Notes: generated by a model from the letters alone, not told the origin. DNA of 64,000 bases from an uncultured Candidatus Saccharibacteria bacterium (GCA_964644965.1 CAZXYN010000001.1:221556-285555); one strand, 5' to 3'. Shown: positions 1 through 10,883, numbered from the stretch's first letter. Program-made: numbers and translations.

Positions 1-23
1 CTCAGACTGCACTCCATGACGCA

Positions 24-308
24 ATGTATGTCACCAAGAATCTAAAGCGATACGCCGATGGCAAACGACCGATAGCATACAAGCCCAAACGACCAGTATA
101 CGTCACGCCTGCAGGCAATGGCTGGGCAGTTGTAGTTTGGGGCAAATTGCACCTCTACGGTCGACTTGGCTGGATGTTTCGAAAGGCTGCCGACTGGATT
201 GGTTACCGCGATGTCGAACCTTGGTGGAAGGCAACAGACCGACTTATGGCCGACCGCGAACGTGAAGACAATTGCTTAGTTTGCGCCACAAAAATCCACG
301 CAGATTGA
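24..308 (+). CDS. hypothetical small basic Trp-rich protein
   Basis: 94-aa ORF in track; no motif recognised; followed by ORF-free promoter/terminator unit. Confidence 0.35.
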   Translation: MYVTKNLKRYADGKRPIAYKPKRPVYVTPAGNGWAVVVWGKLHLYGRLGWMFRKAADWIGYRDVEPWWKATDRLMADREREDNCLVCATKIHAD

Positions 309-361
309 CAACTACATGACCGAGCAAGGAATGACAAATCTTTGAATAAAAGAATCGCCTC

Positions 362-390
362 TTGACAAAATCTATATTGTGTGCTACAAT
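362..390 (+). promoter_or_regulatory. consensus sigma-70-type promoter (TTGACA-17 nt-TACAAT)
   Basis: TTGACA 362-367, 17-nt spacer, TACAAT 385-390 preceded by TGC (extended -10); no + strand ORF downstream. Confidence 0.6.
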
Positions 391-396
391 GTAGAT

Positions 397-452
397 AATA
401 AGCCTAGTTTGCCTAATTTAAGAGCCCGCAAAATACCTGCAGGCTCTTTTTA
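397..452 (+). ncRNA. candidate ~55-nt small RNA (promoter-to-terminator unit without ORF)
   Basis: Lies between the consensus promoter at 362-390 and the hairpin+T-run at 421-452; no ATG-initiated ORF. Confidence 0.35.
421..452 (+). terminator. intrinsic terminator hairpin
   Basis: AGAGCC 421-426 pairs with GGCTCT 442-447, followed by TTTTT 448-452. Confidence 0.55.
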
Positions 453-468
453 ATTTGATCTTTTTGGG

Positions 469-984
469 CTATTTCTTTGTCTTATTGTTACTACTAAAGT
501 TTTTGCCGCCGAAGTATTCGCGCACCTGGAACAACAGATAAAAGGCAATTGCCGAGCCAATTAGTGAACCAAGCAAGCTACCCATACCACGACCACTTAT
601 AAACAAACTCATCAGACCATAGGCTAGGTTAAGCAATGCAACAGCAAACAACAAATCCCAACCGGATTTTTTCTTTGCTTGGAGCCTAGGAAAAGCGGCG
701 AACAGAAGTATCGCCTCTGTCACCAGCACAACTATTGCCAACATAACCGGCAAAGTAATACCAGGGGCATCGCGCTGAATGTTGAATTGCTCTAGAACGC
801 CATATGGGTCGGGGTTACTAACATATCTGATAAGGTACCAAGCAGCCATCGCCTGCAAGAATCCGCCGATTATGGCCAACCACGGCCAAATTTTGGCTAG
901 CCCTTCGCGTGCTTCTTTTGGTAAGTCCGGGAAACTCTTGAAAGGTCCTTCGAGTGCTTTTTCTGCTTGTTTTAGATATTCCAC
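469..984 (-). CDS. hypothetical polytopic membrane protein
   Basis: 171 aa with about four hydrophobic segments (WLAIIGGFLQAMAAWYL, VMLAIVVLVTEAILLFAAF, LLFAVALLNLAYGLMSLF, LIGSAIAFYLLF). Confidence 0.6.
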   Translation of the reverse strand: MEYLKQAEKALEGPFKSFPDLPKEAREGLAKIWPWLAIIGGFLQAMAAWYLIRYVSNPDPYGVLEQFNIQRDAPGITLPVMLAIVVLVTEAILLFAAFPRLQAKKKSGWDLLFAVALLNLAYGLMSLFISGRGMGSLLGSLIGSAIAFYLLFQVREYFGGKNFSSNNKTKK

Positions 985-1058
985 AGTAGTTTAATCCTCC
1001 TAAAAGATTGTTGATTACAGCATACATCTTTAAATCTATGCCGTGCAAGCAAATTAGT

Positions 1059-2081
1059 TCATATGATTAGCATGGCATCGCCGAAAGAGTAGAATCGATA
1101 CTTTTGATCTATAGCATGCCGATATATACGCATAAGTTCAGCGGCGGCATCTGGCTCTGAAAGCCCTTGTTTGTCGGCAATAAAGGCTGCAACTAGCATC
1201 AGCAAGCTAGTCTCTGGCAAATGAAAATTAGTAATCATGCTATCTACTGCCTTAAAGGTAAAACCAGGCCTGATAAAGATATCTGTTTCGTTCATTTGCG
1301 GCACAAAATTATCTGTTTGGCGCATTATAGATTCAAGCGTACGGACAGTGGTGGTGCCAACAGCTGTTGTGTGGCGGGATTGATTAAGTAACTCTGCAGT
1401 CTTGCTAGTCAGCTCGAAATGCTCAGCGTGCAGCCGACCAGAACTCAGTTGTTGGTCTGTTAGCTTGGCAAATGTACCTAGGCCAACGTGCAAAGTAATT
1501 TCTGCGACCGCGTGGTTGTTTCTAATTTTTTTAAGCAATTCATCGGTAAAGTGAAGTCCAGCCGTTGGTGCCGCCAGACTACCGAGCGGTTTTGCGTAGA
1601 CTGTCTGATACTCACTAGCGAGATTATCGTTCTGAGCGATGTATGGTGGCAGGGGAACATGTTCGAATTCTCTAAACCGCTCGTCATCATGATTCACCGA
1701 CAAATAAATCGTCCGAATGCCAGAATCGTCGATAGATGTAGTCTTTAGACTCAACCAATCAGTCAGCTGAATCGTTTTGCCAGGTAGAAACTTGCGGCCA
1801 GGACGTACCATTGCTCTTACGGTGTTATTATCGGCTTTTTCTAATACAAATAGCTCTGTTTTGCCGTCGTCAAACAGCCAGCGGCAATGATCAACTTTGC
1901 TGTTGTTGACTGCAAGAGTGGTTGCAGGATCCAGGTACTGCTCTAGTTCATAAAACTTTGCATCGATAATCTCACCGTCGGACAGACGATACACCAATAA
2001 CCGCGCATGGTCGCGAGGACTAGCTGGCGATTGGGCTATCAAACTATCTGGCAGATCAAACTTATATAGGTCTTTGCTCAC
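1059..2081 (-). CDS. queA: S-adenosylmethionine:tRNA ribosyltransferase-isomerase
   Basis: N-terminus YKFDLPDSLIAQSPASPRDHARLLVY and C-terminal FYSFGDAMLI match the QueA pattern; 340 aa is a typical length. Confidence 0.9.
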   Translation of the reverse strand: MSKDLYKFDLPDSLIAQSPASPRDHARLLVYRLSDGEIIDAKFYELEQYLDPATTLAVNNSKVDHCRWLFDDGKTELFVLEKADNNTVRAMVRPGRKFLPGKTIQLTDWLSLKTTSIDDSGIRTIYLSVNHDDERFREFEHVPLPPYIAQNDNLASEYQTVYAKPLGSLAAPTAGLHFTDELLKKIRNNHAVAEITLHVGLGTFAKLTDQQLSSGRLHAEHFELTSKTAELLNQSRHTTAVGTTTVRTLESIMRQTDNFVPQMNETDIFIRPGFTFKAVDSMITNFHLPETSLLMLVAAFIADKQGLSEPDAAAELMRIYRHAIDQKYRFYSFGDAMLII

Positions 2082-2205
2082 TTGTCTAACATACTAACAG
2101 GTTCAGCGCTGATATGCGCGTCATAAAATTGGCAGCTCTCCCCAAAGGGCTTGAAAGTGTTGATTACGGTATACATGACATGCGGTTATTTTCTATACTG
2201 TAGCC

Positions 2206-2616
2206 ATGAACATCTATCTTGATATTGACGGGGTACTGCTGGCGAACGAAAATCGAGCGGCCGATTATGCTGATGAATTTCTAGCGTTCATACTAAAGCA
2301 TTGGCCAAACAATACTTATTGGCTGACAACTCACTGCTGGCACGGTGAAAACAGAACACACGAGGTGCTCGAGCCATATCTACGGAAAAAGACCTTTGTA
2401 TTACTTGATAAAATTCAGCCTACTGATTGGGATGAGCTCAAGACAGATGCAATTAATTTCAAGCAACCGTTCCTGTGGTTTGACGATGACTTATTCCCAG
2501 AAGAACAAGAAATCCTAAAACATTACCGAGCATTAGAGTGCCACCGCAAAATTGACCTGGGCAAAGATTCGCTACAATTGCTGGACGAAATAGTTAATCT
2601 GCGCTCACTTGTCTAA
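2206..2616 (+). CDS. small HAD-like hydrolase-fold protein (hypothetical)
   Basis: N-terminal MNIYLDIDGVLL resembles HAD motif I (DxDG); TATACT 2194-2199 lies 6 nt before the ATG. Confidence 0.45.
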   Translation: MNIYLDIDGVLLANENRAADYADEFLAFILKHWPNNTYWLTTHCWHGENRTHEVLEPYLRKKTFVLLDKIQPTDWDELKTDAINFKQPFLWFDDDLFPEEQEILKHYRALECHRKIDLGKDSLQLLDEIVNLRSLV

Positions 2617-2657
2617 ACTACAATGCTACAAAGTTTGCTAACAGGTATAATAACCGT

Positions 2658-5483
2658 ATGTCATCAGAAAAGTTTGAGCCAAATCCGGGGCAACAGCAGG
2701 TATACGACCACAAGTCTGGACCGCTACTAGTTGTAGCTGGGGCTGGGACGGGTAAGACTAGAGCCATTACCGAAAAAATCAGCAAACTGCTAAGTGAGGG
2801 TGTAAAACCCGAAAACATCCTAGCCGTAACGTTCACAGAAAAAGCCGCTGCCGAAATGTCCGAGCGAGTACAAGAGGGTCAGCGAGGTCTGCTGCTGGAC
2901 TTGCCGATCATGACTTACAACGGCTACGGCGATCGAATTTTGCGCGAGTTTGGCATTCACATTGGATTGCCGCGTACTTTCCGGCTGCTAACATCCCAGG
3001 CAGCAATTGTGTTTATGCGTGAGAGAATTGATCAATTTAGACTAGACTATTTCTTGCCGCTCACAACCGTGCCAGACAGTATTATTGAGGACATTCTGGG
3101 CTACTTTAGCAAGCTCAAGCAACACATCGTAACACCTGAGGCTTATCTGAAGTTTTCCGAGGGATTAACGTCTGAAGACGAGGCACAATCAGCTGACAAA
3201 CGCATGCACCAGGAGCTGGCTGTAGCCTACGACACATACATAAAACTTTGCAGGACTGAAAATGTTATCGATTATGATGATCAAATATTCCTGTCGATTC
3301 AGCTCATAGAAAGTCGTCCGAATGTGCAACAGATTCTGAAGAAACGTTATCACACAGTGTTTGTCGATGAGTTCCAGGATACAAATCCTATGCAGTCACG
3401 TTTTATAGACCTGCTTGTTCCAGAAAGCCGCAACCTAATTGTAGTTGGTGATGATGATCAAGCAATTTATGGATTTCGCGGTGCCACCATCAGTAATATT
3501 CTTAATTTTAAACAGCATTATACCGATGCCGACGATGCAGTTCTAACTATTAACTACCGCAGCCATCAAAGCATCTTAGATGCTGCATATAAGTTGATTC
3601 AGAACAATAATCCAAATAGATTAGAAGCGTCTCTAGGCTTGAACAAGCGACTGACTAGCAATAGACCTGGCAACCAGCCGCAGTTGTTTCATTTTGCAGA
3701 AAATAGTCAGGAGCTAGACTGGCTTGCTAGTGATATTCAGAGAAGACTTGAAAGTCATAATCCAAACGAAAAAATCAGCATAGCAGTACTGGCTCGCAGC
3801 AATAACGGCGTGCAAGCCGTGCACCAAGCGCTCAGCACACACGCAGTTGAACATAGGGTTATTGGGCTAACTCCCGATCTGTACAGTCGTCCGGTGATTC
3901 GGATGATCATAGAGCTAATCAGGACGATTACCGAGCCGGGCAACGACGCTAGCCTTCACCATACACTGATAGGTGAGCTGTTTGGGCTGAGTAACAGCCT
4001 GATTGCTCCTTATGCAAAGAAAGCTCGCTACGAGCACGAGGATCTCGAGGATTTATTGGCGAAGGTACCGGATGCTGCGGTAGCAATTGGTGCCATACGC
4101 AAAGCTCGTGAGAATGCTGCCAGCCAGAGCGTTGGTATGCTGCTTTGGCAATTTTTAAAGGATTCTGGTTTTACCGAGAGGCTGCTAGAGATTGCTCCCA
4201 CAGACGACGCAGCAGGCCATGCGCTTGGCAACCTGAGCCAATTTTTCGACACGCTTAAAGAGTTTGAAAATATCGCAACACAACCAACGACCGCCCAATA
4301 CCAGTTAGCCCTACCAGCATTGATGGCGGCCGGTCAATCTACTGACGACACACTTGGTCTTACCGAAAATGAAATAGTTGTGACTACAGTGCACAAAGCC
4401 AAGGGGCTAGAGTGGGATACTGTTTATTTGCCGCAATTAACCGAACAAAAGTTCCCGATGTGGAAACAAGGTGGTGGCATAGAACTTCCCGAAGATTTGC
4501 GCTCCAGAAGTCTAAGTGATGCCGATGAACACTACAGCGAAGAACGACGTGTCATGTATGTCGCCGTAACCCGTGCCCGCCAAAACTTGTTGCTCAGCTT
4601 TGCCGATGGAGCCCGTAAGCCGTCTAGATTTATAGACGAAATGTTTGGCAAGGGGACTGCCGAGGGAACGCCTTATACAGACGTAGTTAGTTCTCGTGCA
4701 CATCTTGATTCTCCAGTTGATGATATACAGAAAGTTGAAGTGCCGCTTAGTATTTATGATGGCAAGACAGTTACATTAGACGTCACCAAAGCTCAGACAT
4801 TACTAAATTGTCCTCTCAATTTTTATTACAAATACGTATTGCAAGTACCAAAAGAACCAGGTGCAGCCGCAGATTACGGTACTAGAATGCACAGCTTCAT
4901 TCAGGAGATAAATGAGAACCTGTACAAGAAAGAAGATTTGCGTCCGTTAGAGGATATGATAGAAGATCTGGCAAAGGGCTGGCACAAATTTGGCTACGCT
5001 AGTAAATCACAGCAGGAGCGTGCTCTAAACCAGGCAAAAAGCACACTAACAAGCTTCTACAAACAAGCTACTACTAGCCCAGCACCAATCGCCGTAGAAG
5101 ACGAATTCTATGTAGAGATTGCAGACAATCTTGTATTAGATGGTCGAATAGACGCGGTCTACGACAATGACGGAATTGAAATACGTGATTACAAAACCGG
5201 CTATGCTGCTAAGGACGAGACTGAAGCCAAAGCCAAAGCAGGTGAGAGCAGACAGCTTGAGCTTTATGCGCTAGCTTGGCTGACAAAAACAGGTGAACTG
5301 CCAGTCAAGTTAAGCCTACACTACGTCGACACCAACTCTATTGGCTATGCCAACAAAAGGGTCTCGACAATCGAGAGGCGACGCGAGCAGTTGATAGCAG
5401 CTGCCGATAACATCAGGCAGGGTAATTTTCCGCTCGGGTCATCACACCGCTACTGTGTACATCCACCAGTTTCTGAGACTTAG
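2658..5483 (+). CDS. UvrD/PcrA-family SF1 helicase fused to a C-terminal PD-(D/E)XK nuclease domain
   Basis: Walker A AGAGTGKT, VDEFQDTN, VGDDDQAIYGFRGA, VTTVHKAKGLEW; C-terminal GRIDAVY...IEIRDYKTG...QLELYALAW nuclease-like motifs. Confidence 0.85.
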   Translation: MSSEKFEPNPGQQQVYDHKSGPLLVVAGAGTGKTRAITEKISKLLSEGVKPENILAVTFTEKAAAEMSERVQEGQRGLLLDLPIMTYNGYGDRILREFGIHIGLPRTFRLLTSQAAIVFMRERIDQFRLDYFLPLTTVPDSIIEDILGYFSKLKQHIVTPEAYLKFSEGLTSEDEAQSADKRMHQELAVAYDTYIKLCRTENVIDYDDQIFLSIQLIESRPNVQQILKKRYHTVFVDEFQDTNPMQSRFIDLLVPESRNLIVVGDDDQAIYGFRGATISNILNFKQHYTDADDAVLTINYRSHQSILDAAYKLIQNNNPNRLEASLGLNKRLTSNRPGNQPQLFHFAENSQELDWLASDIQRRLESHNPNEKISIAVLARSNNGVQAVHQALSTHAVEHRVIGLTPDLYSRPVIRMIIELIRTITEPGNDASLHHTLIGELFGLSNSLIAPYAKKARYEHEDLEDLLAKVPDAAVAIGAIRKARENAASQSVGMLLWQFLKDSGFTERLLEIAPTDDAAGHALGNLSQFFDTLKEFENIATQPTTAQYQLALPALMAAGQSTDDTLGLTENEIVVTTVHKAKGLEWDTVYLPQLTEQKFPMWKQGGGIELPEDLRSRSLSDADEHYSEERRVMYVAVTRARQNLLLSFADGARKPSRFIDEMFGKGTAEGTPYTDVVSSRAHLDSPVDDIQKVEVPLSIYDGKTVTLDVTKAQTLLNCPLNFYYKYVLQVPKEPGAAADYGTRMHSFIQEINENLYKKEDLRPLEDMIEDLAKGWHKFGYASKSQQERALNQAKSTLTSFYKQATTSPAPIAVEDEFYVEIADNLVLDGRIDAVYDNDGIEIRDYKTGYAAKDETEAKAKAGESRQLELYALAWLTKTGELPVKLSLHYVDTNSIGYANKRVSTIERRREQLIAAADNIRQGNFPLGSSHRYCVHPPVSET

Positions 5484-5551
5484 ACGGTTTGCATGAATCA
5501 AAATAAAAACTCCCTCGGCTCGCCGGGGGAGTTTTTAAAACTAATGCAAAA

Positions 5552-6289
5552 TTATTTTTTCTTGCGAGTAGTTGGCTTTTTAGCAGTGGTCTTTTTGGAC
5601 GGTGCTTTCTTAGCAGGTGTAGATGTAGTCTTGACTGTAGTTGCTTTGGTTCTAGCAGGAATCAGTGAAGATGCCGGGGCGAACAATAGTACGTACAGGT
5701 TGAAACCAATAACACCACCAATGATTGGACCAAAGATATAGGCACGTGACCATGATTGGTTAGCAAGTGCGATAGCTGGGTTCAATACTGCGTTAGACGC
5801 CAGTGAGGCGATAACGATACCCATGAAGAGACCGCCACCGATGAGAGCAGCTTTCTTTCCATCTTCGTATTCTTGGTAAATTGCAGCTGCAAATACGAAT
5901 GTGAATACGAATGTACCGATTGCTTCGGCAACGAGTACTTTCCAATCAAATTCAGCACCAGCGATGCTTTGAAGTTCGCTACCTACAAAGTAGTTAGCAA
6001 GTTGCCAAGCGGCTAAACCACCGAGCATTTGCATTGCGATATACGCAACAGCTTGCACGGACTGAATGCGACGAAGTGTCCATAGACCAATCGTCACCGC
6101 AGGGTTTAGGTGAGCACCAGAAGTCTTGCCAAAAGCAAGAACAAGCAGGGCAAGCGCCAAACCAACGCCGATAGCTACAAAGTAGCCGATTCCAATTTGT
6201 GAACGCGAGATATTAATTGCAACAGTTGCGAGTATTGCTGTACCCAAAAACTCTGCCATCAACATCGCGATCCTTGATCGCACTGTCAT
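5552..6289 (-). CDS. MIP-family channel (aquaporin/glycerol facilitator-like) with Lys/Thr/Pro-rich C-terminal tail
   Basis: Two NPA boxes (HLNPAVT, LNPAIAL); six hydrophobic segments; tail PARTKATTVKTTSTPAKKAPSKKTTAKKPTTRKKK. Confidence 0.85.
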   Translation of the reverse strand: MTVRSRIAMLMAEFLGTAILATVAINISRSQIGIGYFVAIGVGLALALLVLAFGKTSGAHLNPAVTIGLWTLRRIQSVQAVAYIAMQMLGGLAAWQLANYFVGSELQSIAGAEFDWKVLVAEAIGTFVFTFVFAAAIYQEYEDGKKAALIGGGLFMGIVIASLASNAVLNPAIALANQSWSRAYIFGPIIGGVIGFNLYVLLFAPASSLIPARTKATTVKTTSTPAKKAPSKKTTAKKPTTRKKK

Positions 6290-6581
6290 ACAGGGAAACC
6301 CTCCATTTATTTATGCATATACAATATGTGTTTTTGACCCAAAAAGCAATTGCTATTTCAGGATTACAACAGGGAGTGCCTCGCCGTTACCTTCTTCTTC
6401 TGCAGTCAATTCTTTGGGTGCACCAATGTTAAACAGAATAAAGCCAATCTGCAGACCTTAAACTTGCGTTTGATAAATCGCAGAGACTTGCCATTGCTAA
6501 TGTTCAGCTCCACAGTCCATCAACCCCACGAAGACTAAAACATGCTATACGTTTCATGCTTCCTCAATCTATGGTAGAAGG

Positions 6582-7007
6582 CTAGCGACGACGTCGAGAC
6601 TTGAGTCCGGCAACCTGCAGGCGCACCGCTGAGCGGTCAATTAGGCTCTGGGCCTGTTCTAGACTTACCTGATCTTTGGCTTCGGCCTTGAGTTTTTGAG
6701 CACGCTCCATTGCGGCTTTTGCCTCTTCTTCACTGATTTCGTCAGAGGCATCGGCTTCGTCAACCAAGACACGCAAACTGTTGCCCGATACTTCTATTGC
6801 GCCACCAGAAATGGCAAAGTGTTCCATCATGTCGTCTGGCTCATTACTGTTACGGCGCACAGATATTGCACCGGCCTTAGCAACGCTGATTAGCGGCATA
6901 TGGCCAGGCAGCACCCCAATCTCACCATCCATGGTCGGTAGGATAATCTCATAAACTTCCTCAGAGAATTTGACGCCGTCCAAACTAACTAGCTGAAAGT
7001 TAATCAC
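6582..7007 (-). CDS. atpC: F1 ATP synthase epsilon subunit
   Basis: FQLVSLDGVKFSEEVYEIILPTMDGEIGVLPGHMPLIS pattern; last gene of the atp operon; GTG start at 7005-7007. Confidence 0.85.
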   Translation of the reverse strand: MINFQLVSLDGVKFSEEVYEIILPTMDGEIGVLPGHMPLISVAKAGAISVRRNSNEPDDMMEHFAISGGAIEVSGNSLRVLVDEADASDEISEEEAKAAMERAQKLKAEAKDQVSLEQAQSLIDRSAVRLQVAGLKSRRRR

Positions 7008-7370
7008 CTAGATTCTGCTCTCTTTCCAGGCGCAGCCTGACTGCTTCTTCAATACTTAGAACAGAGGTTGGCTGATCAGGGAAAACAAATGTAAGCGCCT
7101 GACCATCGTCAGTAATTTCTGCAACTCCTTCACTGGTTTGCATATAGCGCCGAAAATCCTCTGCCTGTTCTGGGGTCATTTGATCATTTAGGTTCGGGTA
7201 TGCCCCGATATAGTCAGACTCAATGTATGTAGACTTCTCTTCTGAAGCCACCTGACTACGCTGTACGTAAGAAACAACTTCATTTCCCTCAATAAACCGA
7301 CCCACCACCTTCGTCCAGTGCGAAGCTAAATATCGCTCATTTTCGTCAAGGTATCTTTTTGACTCTGACA

Positions 7371-7371
<1 letters not shown>
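7000..7371 (-). CDS. hypothetical acidic protein inserted between atpD and atpC
   Basis: 123-aa ORF fills the gap exactly; its start overlaps the atpD stop (TAATG, 7369-7373) and its stop overlaps the atpC GTG start by 8 nt. Confidence 0.6.
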
Positions 7372-9074
<1,703 letters not shown>

Positions 9075-9078
<4 letters not shown>

Positions 9079-9260
9079 AAATCTTCCTCGTTTGATTCTA
9101 GCTGTTCTGGAAAAATATCACTGCACATAAGTGCAGCCGCATCACTGGTAACCGCTTCACGATACCTAAGTATCGAGTTTTCATTGTCTGGTCTCTGATT
9201 TGCTGCAATTCGTGCATCCACAACACGCTGCACTTTCATTGCTTCTGATGCTGATATCAT
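9075..9260 (-). CDS. hypothetical small acidic protein inserted between atpG and atpD (second of three)
   Basis: 61-aa ORF with ATGA overlaps at both ends (9257-9260 and 9075-9078); GGAGG lies 7 nt upstream of the ATG. Confidence 0.45.
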
Positions 9261-9556
9261 TTTATTGCCTCCGCTGATTTTACAGAATGGACCTGAATGC
9301 TCCGCTCTAGCATAGACCTTGCTATGTAATGTATATCAAAGCCTCGCTGAGTATTGAAATCAAAACCATAGTCGCCTAAGGCTTCCTTGAGATCCTCTTC
9401 GGTCTCACCAATAATCCCCATATCCCAGGCCGCTTCTAATAGCTGGTGAAAATTATCTGCCTCATCCCCGGCATCCACGCCAAGATATTGGCGTGATTCT
9501 GCAAAAGCCTGATGATAGAATTCAACTGTCTGGGCCATGGTATCTCTACTACTCAT
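9257..9556 (-). CDS. hypothetical small acidic protein inserted between atpG and atpD (first of three)
   Basis: 99-aa ORF; ATGA overlap with the atpG stop (9553-9556); GGAGG SD inside the atpG 3' end; C-terminus AEAIK copies the AtpG C-terminus AEAMK. Confidence 0.55.
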   Translation of the reverse strand: MSSRDTMAQTVEFYHQAFAESRQYLGVDAGDEADNFHQLLEAAWDMGIIGETEEDLKEALGDYGFDFNTQRGFDIHYIARSMLERSIQVHSVKSAEAIK

Positions 9557-10422
9557 TTCATTGCCTCCGCTCCACCGGTTATTTCTGCAAGCTCCTGGGT
9601 AATTTTGGCCTGGCGAGCCGTGTTGAATTCCAGCGTGAGATCGTCGATAATTTCGGTCGCGTTATCAGTCGCGTTTTTCATACTTAGCATACGCATGGAC
9701 TGTTCGGATGCGATAGATTCGAGTAGTGCCTGCCAAATCTGAACCTCTAGCAAACGTTCGGTTACATTTTCTAACACTTCGTTAACTGACGGTTCAAAAG
9801 TCACGTCGCTAAGCGGCTGCTCCTCAACATCTTCTTCGTCAAAGATTGCAGGCAGTATTGCTAAGCTTTGGGCGATCTGAGTAATGTTTGACTTGTGCTC
9901 TGTATAAATAAGACGAACCTCGTCTGTTGATTCCGTCCTATATTGCTCAACTACTGTGTCCAAGATTGGACGAATATCATTAGCATCAGGCTTGTCGCCA
10001 AAATCAGTATAGGCGGCTACGATATCAATATTCTCGACCCGGTTTAAAAACTGTGCGCCGCGCTTACCAATAACAATGACCTGACTGTTGATAGATTCTT
10101 TGCGGTCACCAGCAACCGCTCGGGTCAAGAGCTTGATTACATTGGCATTATAAGCACCAGCCAGCCCGCGATCAGAAGTAATTACTATGTACAAACGATT
10201 CTTAATAGGCCTAGTCTTGTACAGTGGATGCTCGTTTATTTCCGTCACTGAGGTTAGCCTAGACAACATAGAGTGTGCCGCCTGGCGGTAAGCACGGCCA
10301 CGATGAGCCGCCTCGGTTGCTTTACGCATTTTTGACGCGGCAACAAGCTCCATAGCTTTGGTAATCTGCTTAGTATTCTTGACGCTGCCAATCCGGCGCT
10401 TGAGCTGCTGGGTACTAGCCAT
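9553..10422 (-). CDS. atpG: F1 ATP synthase gamma subunit
   Basis: MASTQQLKRRIGSVKNTKQITKAMELVAASKMRKA and C-terminal RQAKITQELAEITGGAEA are typical of gamma. Confidence 0.9.
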   Translation of the reverse strand: MASTQQLKRRIGSVKNTKQITKAMELVAASKMRKATEAAHRGRAYRQAAHSMLSRLTSVTEINEHPLYKTRPIKNRLYIVITSDRGLAGAYNANVIKLLTRAVAGDRKESINSQVIVIGKRGAQFLNRVENIDIVAAYTDFGDKPDANDIRPILDTVVEQYRTESTDEVRLIYTEHKSNITQIAQSLAILPAIFDEEDVEEQPLSDVTFEPSVNEVLENVTERLLEVQIWQALLESIASEQSMRMLSMKNATDNATEIIDDLTLEFNTARQAKITQELAEITGGAEAMK

Positions 10423-10439
10423 AGTGACCTCCGGTCAAA

Positions 10440-10471
10440 GTAGAAGGTAGAAAGTAGAAAGTAGAAAGTAG
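10440..10471. repeat. 7-nt tandem repeat (GTAGAAA-like, about 4.5 copies)
   Basis: gtagaag gtagaaa gtagaaa gtagaaa gtag, immediately upstream (minus-strand sense) of the atpG SD GGAGGT. Confidence 0.9.
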
Positions 10472-10472
10472 T

Positions 10473-10883
10473 TTAAACATCAACTTCTCCTTCTAGATAT
10501 TCCCGCACACTAAGTCCGCCGATAGTATGACGACGCTGGACATCCTTAGAATCAAGCCATTCTTCAACAAAATCATATATAAATCCTGGGGGAGTTGATT
10601 CTTCGGGCCATTCGCTAGCCGCGGCATTGCGCTTCATAGTTAATGCATAACTAGCCCCAAGAAAGGCATGCTGCTCAGGTGAGTCTATGTCGGCACGTCG
10701 CAGTACTTCGCGCGCCATGTAGCTAGAAAAAACGGCAAGAAGATAGTCGCTGCCTTCCACGTCTCCTTGTTCACCTACAAGCAACTTCCTTAGCATACCC
10801 AGTTCTTTATCTGTAAGAATGCGTTCACTGTCTGAGCCCATAGCTGGCACTTTAACTTCAACTGTATGAACATTCTCAGCCAT
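10473..10883 (-). CDS. hypothetical acidic protein inserted between atpA and atpG
   Basis: 136-aa co-oriented ORF occupying most of the atpA-atpG spacer; no motif recognised. Confidence 0.55.
   Translation of the reverse strand: MAENVHTVEVKVPAMGSDSERILTDKELGMLRKLLVGEQGDVEGSDYLLAVFSSYMAREVLRRADIDSPEQHAFLGASYALTMKRNAAASEWPEESTPPGFIYDFVEEWLDSKDVQRRHTIGGLSVREYLEGEVDV

Noticed and set aside
5493-5741. 82-aa plus-strand ORF
   Set aside because: It is antisense to the Lys/Thr-rich tail and last TM helices of the MIP channel gene. It is a shadow ORF.
10440-10471. CRISPR array or other spacer-repeat structure
   Set aside because: The 7-nt units are contiguous with no spacers. The same applies to (GCTTTTTT)x3 at 44029-44052. 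These are simple tandem repeats, not CRISPR.
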